Positions 27,361 through 40,536 of a DNA stretch of 64,000 nt are shown one piece after another. The stretch is from Marsupella aquatica. Taxonomy: Eukaryota; Plantae; Marchantiophyta. A program made the translations under genes and the position numbers. The notes beneath the pieces were generated by a model that was given only the letters and a program-made list of their open reading frames with translations, was not told the origin of the DNA and ran no database searches. Position 1 is the first letter of the stretch. Each line of letters begins with the position of its first letter. The DNA is taken from contig OZ316896.1 of assembly GCA_973895155.1 (NCBI GenBank), forward strand, positions 992,001 through 1,056,000, in the 5' to 3' direction.

Positions 27361-28586
27361 GATTTCCTATATAGTACAACCTTTACTATTTAATAACTTT
27401 CTAACAATGTCGCATCTCTAGCTTCCAAACACATTCTATGAATTCTTATACTTCCCACACTATTCTTGCACATAAGTTTGGAATAACAAAGAAAACTCAC
27501 CATGCCATCCCCAAGGGGCAGACCTCTTATTTATAGTGCTTTGGAGGGGTAATGACTCACCCCTTTGGTACACATGGTCCAATAATATTTGAACATGTAA
27601 ACAACAAGGTGTTTGGATGCTATTGGGCATATTTCTATGCTTATCCTCCTTTCGACACCTAATTGGCCATGTGTTTGATTCTAAATGGACATGCAACCAT
27701 GCAAGGCCTTTTTACACATGTATGCCATGTATCCCTATATATTTTTCTATGTCACAAATCTAGTGGAAAAGTAAAGTCACCTAGTAGGCCTATACTCTAG
27801 TTTATGATAATTATTCCTATAGCCCACAATACTTTATTTAGAAGTGTTTTGTCGTCACTCTAACCCATCATAGGATACCTAAATTTTGTAACTAGGCATG
27901 ATGAATCACCAAACTAGCTACTATGTTAAAACATAAAAACATATAACCCACTTATGTGCATATGTAAGCGTGGGTAAGAACAAAGGTTGAGCGGATTCTT
28001 CAACCTCCCGAAGGAATCGCACACCAAAGTGATGCACGATGAATTGCCAAAAATGAACTTTCTCCATAACCCGAAACTGAAATTCAACGTGATTTGGAAA
28101 TCCAACAGGCACCCCGTGCACTCCGTCCATTGTTGCTTTCTTGCCTTAGAGTTATTGCCTCCTCCTCTCGTTCCTCGTTTCTTTATGAATCGGCAACCCG
28201 CTACAAGCATAGGTACCCGACTTATGGTCTTATTTGTCATCTTAAGTCGAGATGTTGCAAACCCAAAATATACCCATGTAATTTAGGTGTACTATTTGCC
28301 TCGGGGGTTTCACTTCCACAAAAATGGCATATCACGTGCGACGAAGGATAGGGTCATTTTATTGGTTCTAAGGGAAGACTTAAGAATTTTTGTAGAAGAA
28401 CAATAGGGTCTTTTAAATTCAATTTTGAGACTTATAAGAACATTAGGGTCTTTTTAATCCAATTTTTAGAATATTCCAAGAATATTCCAACTTTATAGGG
28501 ATCCGAGGCCTAAAAATGTCGCAGGCGATGGGGAGGTCCCCATATAGTGAGACCCCCGAGCTATTTGCACCAAAGTTACCACAACA
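27361..28586 (-). repeat. 3' LTR (partial; interrupted by the MITE at 28300-28560)
   Basis: Collinear with 35254-36210 (offset 7893 up to the MITE). Followed on the plus strand by TCCACCCCCTC, the reverse-complement polypurine tract. Confidence 0.88.
28300..28560. mobile_element. MITE with CTCGGGGGT TIRs and 8-bp TSD, inserted in the LTR
   Basis: TIR CTCGGGGGTTTCACT / AGTGAGACCCCCGAG. TSD CTATTTGC at 28292-28299 and 28561-28568. The empty site is visible in the other LTR at 36185-36192. Confidence 0.92.
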
Positions 28587-28628
28587 TCCACCCCCTCATA
28601 ACCTGCACATCCTCCGGTATGTGCCAAA

Positions 28629-31600
28629 CTAGTCTTCATCCCCTATATCTTCATCTATTAGTGTCCCTTCTTGATCCCAAGCTACATCGTCAAAGGAAAC
28701 TTGCATCATGTCTCTCCGTTTAAAGAGTTTAACTCTTTTTCCGGCAATAGGAACTCTCAAATCTACACCATCTAGCTCTCGAAGTGAATATGTAGCATTA
28801 TCATGTACTTTTCTCACCACATAAGGGCCAAACCACCTCCTCGAGAACTTCCTGGTGGCACTATGCTGATTGTCTAGTCTACTATCATAGACTAGTACCC
28901 AATCATCTTCTTGAATAGACCTTGGTCTAAGCCTATGCTTCCTATCAAACCTTTCTTTATTCCCCAGCCTTGCCTCCTGCAGTTTTTTTAGTGCTACCTC
29001 AATATCCTCCGAGCGTCACTCAAGTTGTCGGATCCTCAATGCCAATAAGTCTTCCCTACTAAGACCATCTTCCCACGGTAACACACTCCATGTAGGAATT
29101 GTCTCCTCCACTGGCATGATCGGCTTTTGTCCAAACATAAGTTCTGTTGGCATAAAACCTGTTACCGAGCTATGTGTGGTTCGATCTGCCCACAACGCAA
29201 ATGGCAATAACTTTGACCACACATGTATGCTACCATTACAAGCTTTTACCAAAGCCTTAATGATAGGAGAATGCACTCGCTCACTCTTACCATTCCCTTC
29301 TGGATTATAGGCAATTGTCAAGGCAAGCTTTATCTCTAACCTTTCAAAAAACTGTCGAGCCTCTTGTGAATCAAGTTTTCCTCTATCAGCTGTAATCTTC
29401 CCTATGCACCCATAACGGCAAATCACATCTTCAAGTAGAAAATGACATACATTTTCTGTGCTCTTGGTCCTAAGCGCCCTTCCCTCAACTTGATTGGTTA
29501 GGTCTTCCCTTGCTAGAATCACATACCTCATTTGCGAGATCCCAAGAGGTAGAGTTACCAAATCGACAACCCATTTGTAATGCATGGCTAAAGGGTAGGT
29601 GGGATGTAGCCCATCTCGATGCCGAATATTTGAGTAAACTTGACAAGTTTCACAAGTACTCACAAATTGTACTACATCCTTGTACATACCTTTCCACCAA
29701 TATTTTTCCTTTAGTTTGGCAAAAGTAGCCCAAACTCCTCGATGTCCTGCCCATAAGCTTTCATGAAACTCCTTCATCAGTTTTTGTTGCGTCTCTGTAT
29801 CACCAACTACTCGTAGTGGAACCCCTTTGACCTTCTTTGGCTGCTTCCAAAGAACTCCATCCCTCAAAAAGTATCCATAGGCCTTCCTCCTTATCTTCTT
29901 AAATTCTTTGTCAGACCAACCTTCAGATTTCTCCAATGTGCTAAGGTACCGCCCTATATCCACCTATTCACCATCATATAATTCTTCTGAGAATGACTCA
30001 ATTGTCATTGTCAGATTCAACCCTTCTGATTTTGCTTGCGCATTGGAGAAGAACTTTGTACCCACATCTTTTCCTTCCTCTACCATCTCTTCTTCACGGT
30101 AGTATCTAGCTCTAGATAACATGTCGGCCACTTGATTGTCCCTCCCTAATATGTGCTGGAATTCTGGATCTAAAGTTTTGATATAGGCAATCCACCGGAG
30201 CATGGCAATGTCTGTGTGGTACAATTAGCTATTATCCCAAGGAGGGGTAGACAATCGGTTTCGACTACTACTGGTGCTCCAATTAGATAATCTTTATCAC
30301 ATTTGAGTGAAGTTACTATGCCCCACAATTCTCTCTTCAATTGCGGGTAAGCCCGTTGGCAAGTGCTCAAGACTTTTGCCCCAAACTTTACCACACATCG
30401 ATTCCCCTCTTCATCATTATGCCCAATTGCCCAACCAATCCCAATTGGACTTGTATCTACTGTAACAATCACTGGTCGCCTACAATCATAATCAATTCTC
30501 TTCAAAGCTATCATATCAGAAAGTGATTTTTTCAACTTCCTTACTGACATGGTATGCTCTTCCTCCCAAGTAAACTTTTTCCCTTTTCTTAGAAGCCGAT
30601 ATAATGGATCCGCTATATGTACAAAATGCGGGATCCAATGAACATAGAAGACACATGCCCCTAGGAATCTACGAACCTCGGTAGTTGTTTCACATACCTC
30701 CTTCATTTGCTTGATTGCATCCACCTTCGTTGGACACGGCTTCCTCCCATATGGCCCACACAAATGTCCCACAATGAGAACCTCCTTTACCCCGAAGCTT
30801 GATTTCGCCCCAGACAATGTCAAATGGACTTCTTCCAACTTTGTCAAGATCTTATCACAATCTGCAATGTGGTCAGCAACAAACTTTCTACACCCCTTTG
30901 AGTTTTTTGCCTCGTCCTTCTCCTCCTCACTACAACCCTTAATTGGTACATCGTCAATGAATGGCATTGTTATTTCTGGAATGAAGTCTCTTAGTACCTT
31001 GTTCATCCCGCTCATCATATGTGCAACAGAATTTGTTGCTCCCATTGGCAAGGTACACATTCGAAGCAATCCTAGCGGCGTTCGCATTGCAGTTAAATCC
31101 CTTCTTGCAATAGCAAGCTGGAACTGGTCATATCCCGACTATAAATCCCCCATAGAGTATATCGATCTCCCTGCAAATGCATCTGTGAACTCATCCACAA
31201 GAGGACCAATTCCTATATTTTGTATGGTCACCTTGTTGACAGGCTGCATATCTTGAATGAATCGTAATGCTCCAGACTTCTTTGGCACTGTAAACCACCT
31301 ATTTGAGTACGGCAAACATGAAGGTTCCAAGATCCCCATCCTAATTCTCTCCTTCAAAAGTTCTAACAGTTTAGGCAATAGAGCTTTAGGTATAGGAATA
31401 GGCCTCAAATTCCAAGGTACATGCGGAACTGTGAAAATAATCATAGGAGCCACTACCCTCGGATCTACACACCCTATCTCATCTGGTTTGAAGGAAAATG
31501 CTTTACCATGTTTTGATAGCATCTCCCGAAAGCACTTCTCCTCTGCAGGTGTGAGAAATCTTTGATCGCCAATTTTTAACTCCTTCAACTATGCCTCATC

Positions 31601-32104
31601 AAAGGTGTGCCCTATCTTTTTAGGGTCCCTTAAACTTGGTTGCTGCCCAGCATAATCTAGCTTTTCCCCGAAATCAGTAGGTAACGGCAATGCTACTGGT
31701 TTTACCTTCTTTGCTACTGATTCGTACTTTGTCTCCACAAGCACTTCAGGTCTCTCTCTTCCAACAAACGATCTGATTACCTCATATACTCTATGAGAGC
31801 ATATTTTCACCATACTTTGGTCACTCTGTAATATAGACTCCAGGCCTTCTATGGTGTCATCAAAACAAACTTCCTCAAACACTCCTGAAATGTACTCATC
31901 CCCACTCAATTCTCCTCTCCTTCTCAATTCTTTCTCTACAATCTTCACTCTCTTTTTCTCAATTTTTTTAAAGGTTTCCACCTTCATGTACGAAATCAAT
32001 CCCTCTTCTATAAAACCTAAGAACCCATGAGAAAAACCCTCCCCACCTTCTACTTCAAGCGAGAGGTGTTCTACCTTTGTACCATTGTATTCTCGCTCTA
32101 CCAT
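28629..32104 (-). pseudogene. pol (RT-RNase H-integrase) of the gypsy element, with stops and a frameshift
   Basis: RT: LRFIQDMQPVN, LPMGATNS, PFIDD. RNase H: VTVDTSPIGIG, VETDCLPL, NQVADMLSR. Integrase: HESLWAGH..CETC, VVDLV, TADRG, EGNGKSER. No chromodomain at the C-terminus. Confidence 0.92.
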
Positions 32105-34412
32105 GGTACTTCCCCAAAATCCTTAAATTCTGGAGTCACCCTTGGCAATGGTCTCTCCCTCAAGCTGTCTCGATTCCTTGCATGATCTGGACACACGGTT
32201 AAGAATTGTACTGTTCGCTTTCCATCTTTGCTCCTGATCCTGGCATATGATGATCCATCATCCATTGTCTTTGTCTCCATCCGCAATCCCGTTATGTATG
32301 GCATTCCAAGTATAATCGGATAGGTAGCTGACTCTTGGACAAAAAAGTTTTGCCCCTCCTTGATATCTCCTATCGTGATGTTAACATTGGGGCAGGCTCC
32401 CCATAAACTACCTTTAGAATTGTTTGATGCTCTCATCAACCATCCATGCTCCTTGTCGACAGGCCAATCCCCTCTGTCAAACAATTCCTTGGACATGAGG
32501 TTAATTTCTGACCCTGAATCCACCAATGCCACAACAGGTTCTTCCAAGTATCCGATGTGCACCAAGGTTTCCGTAGTGGCTCTAGCCCAATGATTGCGTA
32601 AATAGTGACTCTTTCGAGCTACTTGCTCCTCTTCATCAGCAAATCGCACTCTAGATGATTGATAACATAGAGCCACATTCTCGTCTCCTTCTCCCATGAT
32701 TCCTTGTACGCTCATAGCTTCTGGTTCAACCAAACTTTGACGCTTTCTTTTGATGATATCAATGATGACTTCATGAAACTCTCGTTTCGCAATACCCAAC
32801 ACTTCGCCCAATGTGAAATCCACTTTGCCATTGAGAATCCTCTCCTCCAGCACTTTCTTCAGATCTGTAGCTAGCTCAATGTCGGATTGCAATTTGTATG
32901 TTGGCCCTTTCCCCTTCTCTTTTGACTGATTTCTCCTCCCCTTCATGGAAGACGCTTCATCCATCATTTTCTCTCGAGGTGGAGTTGAATCAGCATGCAC
33001 TCTTTCCTCCCTTGCCGGTCGCTTGGATGGTCCTTCATTGGCCTCGGTTCTCCTCTGCTTGTCTTCTACTAATGCCTCATGTTGACTTTGGGCAATATAC
33101 GCATGCACCGAGAAGGAGTCAACTGGATCATTCCAACCTGTGATTTTTTGAATGGTTTGGCCAGCCTGAGATAGAGATTCTAAGGACATTTTCCCCTTGT
33201 CCATATACCTCTTAGCAAAGGCCACAGCTCGCTTGCTTCTCCTGGTACATTGTTGCATGTCATTTGGGCTTGCTTACACTCATGTCTTGCAGGTTCCACC
33301 TTTGCACCATAGACTGTTGCTTCAACAGATGCCGCTGCATTTGCCGCCGCCATCTCATCCAAAACTTTCTTTATTCCTCCTCGACCAAAGTTGGTCTTTA
33401 TCGGGAGACCAGTTTCCTTTGAGCATATTCTCCCTTCTTTGAAGAAGACCACATTATTTCTCATTGCATCTTTAAAATCTTCACAAGCACTTCGAGCATG
33501 GTCTGTGCTGTCGCACCACATGCATCGTGAGACAAACCCTTCCCGATGTACAGCTTTGGCTTCCGATGATTGACCCTTCTCCTCTAATCTTGTTAGTTTG
33601 ATGCGCAACTCCCTCATTCCTTTCACCAACTCCTCTATGTTTGACTCCTCACTTGATCTTGCTGCAATTGTAGACTTTGGTATTGGCTCCACCCGAGGTT
33701 CTCCCAAACGTCTAGTAGGAGATTTCTTGCTTATCATGATCTTATCTCTCCTCCACTGCCTCTTTGTTAGGAGTGAGACTGCTTCCTCCACATCTTTCCA
33801 ACTGGTCTTCAATCCTCGCTCTTCAGTCGTGTCTTCCAACAATGGCTCCAACATCTCTTGTAATGTAGCATCGGCAGCTTGGAGAAATAACTCGGTTTTC
33901 TCCGCCTCCAAAGTCAGCTTTTCAGTTCTAGACAATTGTGAAAATTGTCTATCAAATTCTCTGAGTAGTTCGTTGGCTGAAAGCCCCTTCTGCGGGCACA
34001 TCACCCATTCTAGAAAGGATCGTTTTGTGACTCGCTCTGAATCCTCCATGAAATATTCATCCTTCAAGGCTCTAGAGAATGTCTCCCAGGTTTCTCCATG
34101 CCTCTCCATCAGCTTCTTGATTTGCTCACGAAGCTCTGGCAAGACGGCAAGCTCAAAGCTTGCAATCATCCCACTTTCAGGTACTTTGCTTAACTCCATC
34201 TCGCGAGTATAGAAATGCAGGTACTTCGAAATATTCCGCCCATCGAATTGATCATTTTTGTTGACAATAGCTTGTAGTGCTTTGGTTGCCAACGCCTCCT
34301 TCTTCTCCATCGCTTGTTGCTCCTTCATGTACAGGTTGAAGGCGTGAAGCATTTGCATGGTTGATGCATCAAACATCATTGACGGTCCTCCTTCTCCTTC
34401 CTCGTTTGTCAT
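32098..34412 (-). pseudogene. gag-protease of the gypsy element (one frameshift near 33260)
   Basis: ORFs 33180-34412 (FDGRNISKYL gag start; CMWCDSTDHARSAC zinc knuckle) and 32098-33258 (aspartic protease ALVDSGSEINLM ... IILGMPY). Confidence 0.88.
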
Positions 34413-34445
34413 TTTATAGTGCGTAGGTTCTCCAGCCCCGAATCT

Positions 34446-34463
34446 TTCACGTCGAGTTCACCA
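34446..34463 (-). promoter_or_regulatory. Primer-binding site complementary to the tRNA-Trp 3' end
   Basis: The plus strand reads TTCACGTCGAGTTCACCA versus the plant cytosolic tRNA-Trp 3' end as I recall it, TTCACGTCGGGTTCACCA (1 mismatch). It lies 4 nt from the LTR edge. Confidence 0.75.
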
Positions 34464-34467
34464 AATA

Positions 34468-36210
34468 TGTCATGAAGTTCGTGGGCGATGTCGGGAAAGC
34501 CCGGGCTTCTGTCTGTCGAAAGAACAATGCGCTACGACGTGCTAATAAAACACTACGATCATTACCCAAAATCGCTCAATTGTCATGGGAACAACGAATG
34601 GAATCGGGGATGAAATGATCATGGTATATGCCGACTCCCCAAAGTTTCTGATGATGAAGGCTCGAAACTCAGTTTTTTGGCGACATATCACCCAAACATT
34701 GCAATCTATACTAAAATTAGGCCTAGGAACTCTATTGAGGTCCATCTTGTAATTCAGAATCACCGTACAAGCTTTTTGAACATAGGAAATTCACCTACGG
34801 TTGTCAATTTCCTTTGTACCATATCAAACAAGTCAAGTACTTACTATCCTATCATCCCTCAAAGGTTCGAGTCAAAACTCTATCTTCATCAATAGGTACA
34901 AAGAAAAATGGTGGACCTATCTAGATTGCAGGCTATGAAGACCCTGTCATCGTCACCATACTATATATCTCACTTAAAGATAGATATACCCTCGAAACTT
35001 TTTCCTAGGCATGACATAGCTTCTTGTCTATTTCCAGGAAAAAATTTCAAATATGCATCTTATTCTAGGAAAATATTACAAGCAATATTCAAACTCAGAA
35101 AAATATGGTTCTATTTGAGCATAATCTAAACCTTCAAGTCATCATAACTTTCTAGTATTATACCAAAATCAAGTGATTCCAAAAGCAAACTTGGTGTGCT
35201 CATCAAGGTGATCAAAGTTAGAATACTATTTCCCTAAGAAAAAATATCATAATGATTTCCTATATAGTATAACCTTTACTATTTAATAACTTTCTAACAA
35301 TGTCGCATCTCTAGCTTCCAAGCACATTCTATGAATTCTTATACTTCCCACACTATTCTTGCACATAAGTTTGGAATAACAAAGAAAACTCACCATGCCA
35401 CCCCCAAGGGGCAGACCTCTTATTTATAGTGCTTTGGAGGGGTAATGACTCACCCCTTTGGTACACATGGTCCAATAATATTTGAACATGTAAACAACAA
35501 GGTGTTTGGATGCTATTGGGTATGTTTCCATGCTTATCCTCCTTTCGACACCTAATTGGCCATGTGTTTGATTCTAAATGGACATGCAACCATGCAAGGC
35601 CTTTTTACACATGTGTGCCACGTATCTCTATATATTTTTCTATGTCACAAATCTAGTGGAAAAGTAAAGTCACCTAGTAGGCCTATACTCTAGTTTATGA
35701 TAATTATTCCTATAGCCCACAATACTTTATTTAGAAGTGCTTTGTCGTCACTCTAACCCATCATAGGATGCCTAAATTTTGTAACTAGGCATGATGAATC
35801 ACCAAACTAGCTACTATGTTAAAACATAAAAACATATAACCCACTTATGTGCATATGTAAGCGTGGGTAAGAACAAAGGTTGAGCGGATTCTTCAACCTC
35901 CCGAAGGAATCGCACACCAAAGTGATGCACGATGAATTGTCGAAAATGAACTTTCTCCATAATCCGAAACTGAAATTCAACGTGATTTGGAAATCCAACT
36001 GGCGCCCCGTGCACTCCATCCATTGTTGCTTTCTTGCCTTAGAGTTGTTGCCTCCTCCTCTCGTTCCTCGTTTCTTTATGAATCGGCAACCCGCTACAAG
36101 CATAGGTACCCGACTTATGGTCTTATTTGTCATCTTAAGTCGAGATGTTGCAAACCCAAAATATACCCGTGTAACTTAGGTGTACTATTTGCACCAAAGT
36201 TACCACGACA
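34468..36210 (-). repeat. 5' LTR of the minus-strand gypsy element
   Basis: TG...CA ends with a short terminal inverted repeat, adjacent to the PBS. About 20 substitutions (counted by eye, almost all transitions) versus the other LTR over ~940 bp. Confidence 0.88.
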
Positions 36211-37011
36211 GCGTGAGGTCACCCATCCCGAAAGTGCTCCCAACTACGAGCACGAAGTCACCCATCACAAGCGCAAGCAGGCGCGAGGTCGAGATCACCC
36301 ATCCGGGGCTATTCCGGATCGTGAGCGCGAGGGGAGGCACGAGGTCGAGCGCGAGGAGGTCACCCATCCCGGGGCTATTCCCAGCCGCAAGCGCTTAACT
36401 GGCAAGTTCTCATCCCACCTTGTGTACACACAAGTTTTCACAACTTGTTGTTTAGATTCAAGCGCCAGGGGACTTTATACACTTTTCGGTTTGCTTAGAG
36501 CCTTGTTTCGGGCCAAATCAGACGCTCTTTAGAGGTTTTTGATAGTTCTGAGTTCATCTAAATACACAGATTGAACCAATTGTGCATGGTTTCTCATCTA
36601 TAACATTGGGACATCATGAAGCCTATTATGAAGGCCTTTCATTGAACATTATGAATATTTGTTTGATCAATATGTGATCACTCTTGGTGTGGAGAGTTAG
36701 TGTTTGACTATTCTTGTTGATTGGATCCTTTCCACACTTGTTTCCTGTTTATGCGCCATGTTGGTTTGGCGTGGGCACTTGATTCTATAGGAGTGATCCG
36801 GGTTTGCGACCAGACATTCTAGTTGTGCTACGTATTTCTCTCCTGGTGATGTTGGAGTGATGCCCAACACACCATGGTGAGTGCTTGTGTTGCTGACAGG
36901 GACAGGTTGCCCTTAGGGTTAGCATATAGATTAGGTTAGGTTGGTCACCACGGATTCTTCTGGTGCTGCTGGTTACCCGATGGACGATGGACCGGTTTCA
37001 CTTGGAGTGGG

Positions 37012-38370
37012 GTGCAGTTTCGGCCAGCGGTATTGGTAGCAGTCAGCAATGCAGCTTTAGACAGTGATTCTGACGAGGACTCAATGACCAGTTCTCCTCG
37101 TCATCAGGTGGTTGCACCTTTGTTGTGGGATATGGACGAGATATACGGGGCTACAAAGGGCCCACGACGATACTCTGGTGCAGTTGGCACAATTGATCTG
37201 GATGACTTCATCCAGGAGTTTGATACGTGGTGCGATATGCAGACATTGCGTAACGCCACATTGTTTATCCCTTTCATAGCATGGAAGGGATTATTTCAGC
37301 ATTTGGAGGGGCCACCCATGGATGACTACCATGAGTTTCGGAAGGCTCATTTGGTTGAGATTGAGGCATGGAGGCAGCATTGGTCACCTAATTACGTGTC
37401 CATCACCTATGGCACTAGTGCGGCTGCCCAACCCATTGCCACAGCTGCTGCCTCTTCTAGCAGCACTAGCCAGAGTGGCACACCATCCACCAGTAGCACT
37501 CTAGCAGCATCCACCGCTACTCCTGCCAGTGTGATTGTGATAGGAACTGGAGTTGCGCCAACATTTAATCATGTGGTGGAATTCTTTGAGGTACTAAAGC
37601 AGAACTATCAGGGTGTGAGAACTGATAAGTTGAAGGGTCTCCAGGAGTTCCAGCGCAAGACTAGAGAGAGTCTACGTGAGACATACACTCGTATGCGCAG
37701 ATTGATCACTGTCACCAAGGGAGTGATAGAGGCTCAAGCAGTCCAGTTTTGGTATGCAATTATGGACAGAGAATTGCGACGCAGAGTGAGAGATGTCACT
37801 CTGCTTAGGGATGCAGATCCCACATTAGCAGTTTTTTTCACCCTTTCTGAGCGTATTGAGCTCAATATGGTGAATGAGAAGGTGGTGACTTTCGGATTTG
37901 CCAAGGAAGCACCAAAGGCTGCATCTACATCTACACCACAGCCTACTACATGGAAGAGCCAGAGGGAGAAGCCTACTACATGAGAGTCTACCAGCCAGAG
38001 ACCTGTGCCCTCTTATGCTGGACAGCAGTCAGGATGTTGGACCTGTGGTGGGGATCATGCACAGAGATATTGCCCAGATCATAGAGGATCAGGGGGAGCA
38101 TCAGCACCTGATCAGCGACAGTATGATCATTGTGGAGCTCCTGGACACACCAAGGATAGGTGTTTCTCACTCCACCCTGAGTTATGGAGGGGAGGATCCC
38201 GTACACATGATCAGGGAAGAGGAGGAGGAGGTAGAGGTGGTGGACGTGGTCATGGCATGCCACATGCAGGGAAACAGGGAGGTGACCCTGCCCCTGCTGT
38301 AACCATAGATCCAAAGGATGCTAAGATTGCTCAATTGGAGCAACAGCTAGCTGCCATGGCTAGTTCCTAG
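37012..38370 (+). pseudogene. gag with two zinc knuckles and RGG tract
   Basis: YSGAVGTIDLDDFIQEFDTWC; ESLRETYTRMRRL (major-homology-like); knuckles CWTCGGDHAQRYC and (C>Y)DHCGAPGHTKDRC. In-frame TGA at 37981. Confidence 0.8.
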
Positions 38371-39351
38371 GTGAGACCTACTTCTGCTGATGGACCTTCC
38401 ACATCCCATGGTCCTTCCACATCTTATGGAGCTGATGGAGATCTTGCCACCATGGGATTCATGTGTGGCACTGCACATATTGATGCATCAACAGCTTTGA
38501 CATGTGGGGCAACCAAAGCTCTTGAGCCCTGAGGAGCAGTAGTGGAGCTAGATCCATAGAGGGGGGATGCACATCGGCAGACAAAGCTTCCTCAGTCTTT
38601 TACATTGTTAAAGACAGTTCAGACTGCCTCTATGAACCCGATTTGGACAAACCCTGGCGTGGGTAAGTTGGTAGAATCCGGTAGTAATACAGTAGGGATG
38701 ACAGGTACCCTGTTGGGGGTGGCTACTGCCATAGTACGCACCCCATTATTTTCAGCGACAGACATGCTGAACTTGGGAGTTGGTCCTGCAAAAGTGTTCA
38801 GATTGGCAGCTACACTCTATGAGGACACTCCCGTTGTTACTTCCCATGCAGAAGCAGCTTGTAGTGTTGAAGCAGTGAAGACCATACCACCTACTACTAC
38901 TAGTGAGACATGGCATGCAGCAGCAGCGAGGTTGGTGGATTTACTAGCACGCCCTGCATTTGAGAGGACTAGGTTTAAACCTAGTGTTGTGTTATTGGAT
39001 AATCGGAGTGGTATCTTCCCTAAATCCACACCATTGTCTTTGGCAGCATTCAATGGTATAATTGCTGGACCTGATGATTTGATTGAGGGTAATGCGCATG
39101 CAGCCGATGTTCCACCATTGGAGGAGTCTCATGAGGAGCACATCATGCAAGGATTACCTGTTGGTAGTGTTGTGCCACCAGTGTGGGGCACTGCACATGC
39201 CTTGCCACAGGCAACAGCACGATTGGTACATGATGCATGGCATCATGCTTTTACACCACAGTCAAGAGCAGAGCAGTCTCTTGCAGATGAACCTGTGACT
39301 CTTTCACCATTGAATACCACTCCTATTGCTTGGCAATATCCACCGGAGGGT

Positions 39352-40296
39352 ATTTGTTTGTTGGATCTTTTTGGTGGGATTAGCACTGGATTGGCTGCTG
39401 TTCTTTAGGCAGGAATTCTTGTGCGTCGTTATTTGTATGTGGAGACAGATGAGACAGCACGGAGGGTCTCATTGCGACATGTGGCTATGTTGGTGGATAG
39501 ATATCCACAGTTGCTGCCAGTGGATGCTGTTCGTGGTTATCAGCATGCACTACCTGCTGATATTTCATTGTTGGGGGCGGATCATCTACATCGTGTTGGC
39601 CCCATTGATTTGGTGATTGCTGGTTGGCCATGTCAGGGCCAATCTAGAGCTGGCATTGGGCATGGACTTCATGATCCACGCTCTACATTGTTTTGGGAGA
39701 TGTTACGGGTGCTGTGTCATCTCCAGCTACATCAGACACAGTCTCCAGCATACATTTTGGAGAATGTGCCATTGTTAGGTGACGATCGTAGTCGGATTGT
39801 TGCCAGTGTTCACCAGGTGAGGTCTTGGATTGGACCTGCTGTGTTATTGGATGCTGCATGTGTGGGTTCTCGTACACATCGTTCATGCTTGTGGCAGACT
39901 AATTTGATCCCATGTGAGGTGCTGAAGCGCGCATTTGACAGCATTCCACGCTCACCAGCCTTAGTGGTGGATGATATTTTGGATCCAAGGCGTCGGGCAC
40001 AGGGTGTGACCCAACCTGATAGACCTCCATTGGCAATGGTCAATGCAGTTGGGCGCCCACGTTGTGCATTACCCACTCTTGTAAGCCACTCTGCTTCATA
40101 TGCATTCAGAGCAGGTGGCTCTAGACTTGTGTGGGACACAGCTCTCCAGCAGTTAGTGGAGCCTACTGCTGATGAGAGAGAGCGTGCTATGGGATTTTTG
40201 ATTGGCACCACTGCAGTTACCTCTGTGTCAGAGGGTTTGCGGCGCCAGGTTCTTGGTCAAGCAATGGACCTGAATTGTTTGACTTGGATTATCAGC
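39352..40296 (+). pseudogene. C5 DNA cytosine methyltransferase domain (DNMT3-like) inside the retrotransposon polyprotein
   Basis: Motifs in canonical order: I LLDLFGGISTG, II YVETD, III ADI, IV DLVIAGWPCQ (PCQ at 39628-39636), V DPRSTLFW, VI YILENV (39760-39768), VIII HRSCLW (RxR eroded), IX ERERAMGF, X VLGQAMD. One in-frame TAG at 39406. Confidence 0.92.
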
Positions 40297-40536
40297 TTGG
40301 GAGACTTAGCTGAACAGTTGCGGATGCGCTCTGCTAGAATTACTGATTGTCCCTTGGTGAGCTTGCGGTCCACTGAGACAATATTGACCACAGTTGGGGG
40401 CGAGTAGACAGTCCATGGACCTATGGCAGGATTGGCCAAGGCTGGACAGATTGTTGAGCAGGAAGGGACTGCTCAATCTACTGCTAAATAGCAATCATCG
40501 GCTATCTCTTCTACCCTACAAAGAGATATTAGGGAT

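Larger units (their letters stand above)
27361..36210 (-). mobile_element. Ty3/gypsy LTR retrotransposon (non-chromoviral), near full length, 3' LTR truncated
   Basis: 5' LTR 34468-36210 (plus-strand ends TGTCATG...CACGACA). The 3' LTR remnant 27361-28586 matches 35254-36210. PBS at 34446-34463, PPT just after 28586, and domain order gag-PR-RT-RH-INT. Confidence 0.93.

Noticed and set aside
27460-28351. Duplicated small ORFs (also at 35353-36179)
   Set aside because: They are duplicated only because they lie in the two LTRs, and they show no protein features.
39352-40296. Host DNMT gene or bacterial restriction-modification contaminant
   Set aside because: It is intronless, in frame with gag and RT, shares the element's mutational decay, and has no adjacent endonuclease.
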